The translations under genes and the position numbers were made by a program. Below the pieces are notes generated by a model. The model saw nothing but the letters and a program-made list of their open reading frames with translations, had not been told where the DNA came from and did no database searches. A DNA stretch of 24,000 nucleotides from Chamaesiphon sp. (GTDB taxonomy: Bacteria; Cyanobacteriota; Cyanobacteriia; Cyanobacteriales; Chamaesiphonaceae), in NCBI RefSeq assembly GCF_041738855.1, contig NZ_JBGSPA010000169.1, positions 34,803 to 58,802 of the forward strand, read 5' to 3'. Shown one piece after another: positions 23,349 through 24,000 of this stretch (position 1 is the first letter of the stretch; each line of letters opens with the position of its first letter).

Positions 23349-24000
23349 CTAATGAATATCGGCAATAATCATAACTTCGGATAATTTGTTGATATCTATA
23401 TAAAAATTGTGCGTATAGCTATGGGATTTGCCAAAAGAAGTATCTGGATCTGCTTCCCCAATCGCACAGTAATAGTCAAGCGGAATATGATTGCTGAGAA
23501 ACCAGAAGTAAGGTTTAACGTAGGTAGGTGGAAATAATTCGACTAACTTAGTTTCAGGATGACAAAAGACGATGTTAGCCAGCCCTGCGCCATGAGGAGC
23601 TACTACTACCTCAGCAGAGGCAAACAGTGCAATTTGTGCGGTAACTGACATTGACGTTAAATTCACATCCTCAAACCCATACCTACTTAAAAAATCTATA
23701 ATTTCTTCTTCATTTAATAACTTTCGATAGGCAGCATCTGTGCGGCTAACATATAGCCGTTTATCACCAACAGAACTTTTAATCTCACTGTTAAGAAACT
23801 TACTCCTCAGAAAATTGCAGACCCAAGCAGGAACATCAAATGTGTTACCAGACAGCGAAGGAACGATTAGTTTTCTGGCTTTGATATGAGATTTCTTGTT
23901 GCATTCAATTACTTTCTCCATCGGAATTCCTAGTATAGCAAGAGTCTCCTGCTGAAAGGAAAGCTTGCAGTTATTTAAAAAAAAGTAATCTATATCATCG
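23349..24000 (-). CDS. GT61 / DUF563-family glycosyltransferase; the 5' end runs off the right edge
   Basis: RLYVSRTDAAYRKLLNEEEI...GFEDVNL...QIALFASAEVVVAPHGAGLANIVFC is the DUF563 C-terminal signature. The frame stays open upstream of the tracked Met (23921) to the window end (...FQQETLAILGIPMEKV...). Confidence 0.75.
   Translation of the reverse strand, partial: DDIDYFFLNNCKLSFQQETLAILGIPMEKVIECNKKSHIKARKLIVPSLSGNTFDVPAWVCNFLRSKFLNSEIKSSVGDKRLYVSRTDAAYRKLLNEEEIIDFLSRYGFEDVNLTSMSVTAQIALFASAEVVVAPHGAGLANIVFCHPETKLVELFPPTYVKPYFWFLSNHIPLDYYCAIGEADPDTSFGKSHSYTHNFYIDINKLSEVMIIADIH

Overview
Cyanobacterial chromosomal DNA. The HIP1 octamer GCGATCGC and its CGATCG core recur throughout, and the window carries psbX, an hli-type gene, a ycf66-like gene and a group-3 sigma factor. 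Bases 1-5400 are a mixed housekeeping region: a partial lipoprotein gene, sigF, an HLIP gene and psbX (both too short for the ORF track), a Ycf66-like protein with a long charged tail, a membrane-anchored DUF4157/HExxH protein and an EVE-domain protein. From about 5416 to the right edge, every credible host gene lies on the minus strand. Together they form a polysaccharide (EPS / O-antigen-like) assembly locus of at least 18.6 kb: Wzc-type co-polymerase/tyrosine kinase, WecG/TagA-family transferase, Wzy/O-antigen-ligase-like membrane protein, four GT4 transferases, one GT2, one GT-A (GT8-like), a partial GT61/DUF563 protein, one intact and one truncated SAM methyltransferase, a PhyH-type Fe(II)/2OG dioxygenase and a DUF218 (ElyC/YdcF) protein. 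An IS200/IS605-family element of about 2.1 kb (about 9131-11211) interrupts the locus. It has divergent tnpA (Y1 HUH transposase) and tnpB (RuvC-type RNA-guided nuclease family) and matching end hairpins, and it splits a 145-codon ORF of unknown function. I found no rRNA, tRNA or CRISPR array. The best candidates for follow-up are the TnpB element (RuvC triad intact, zinc-finger cysteines absent, TAM and guide predictable) and the dioxygenase-DUF218-small-ORF module inside the glycan locus. I cannot show from sequence alone that any of this is a new system.
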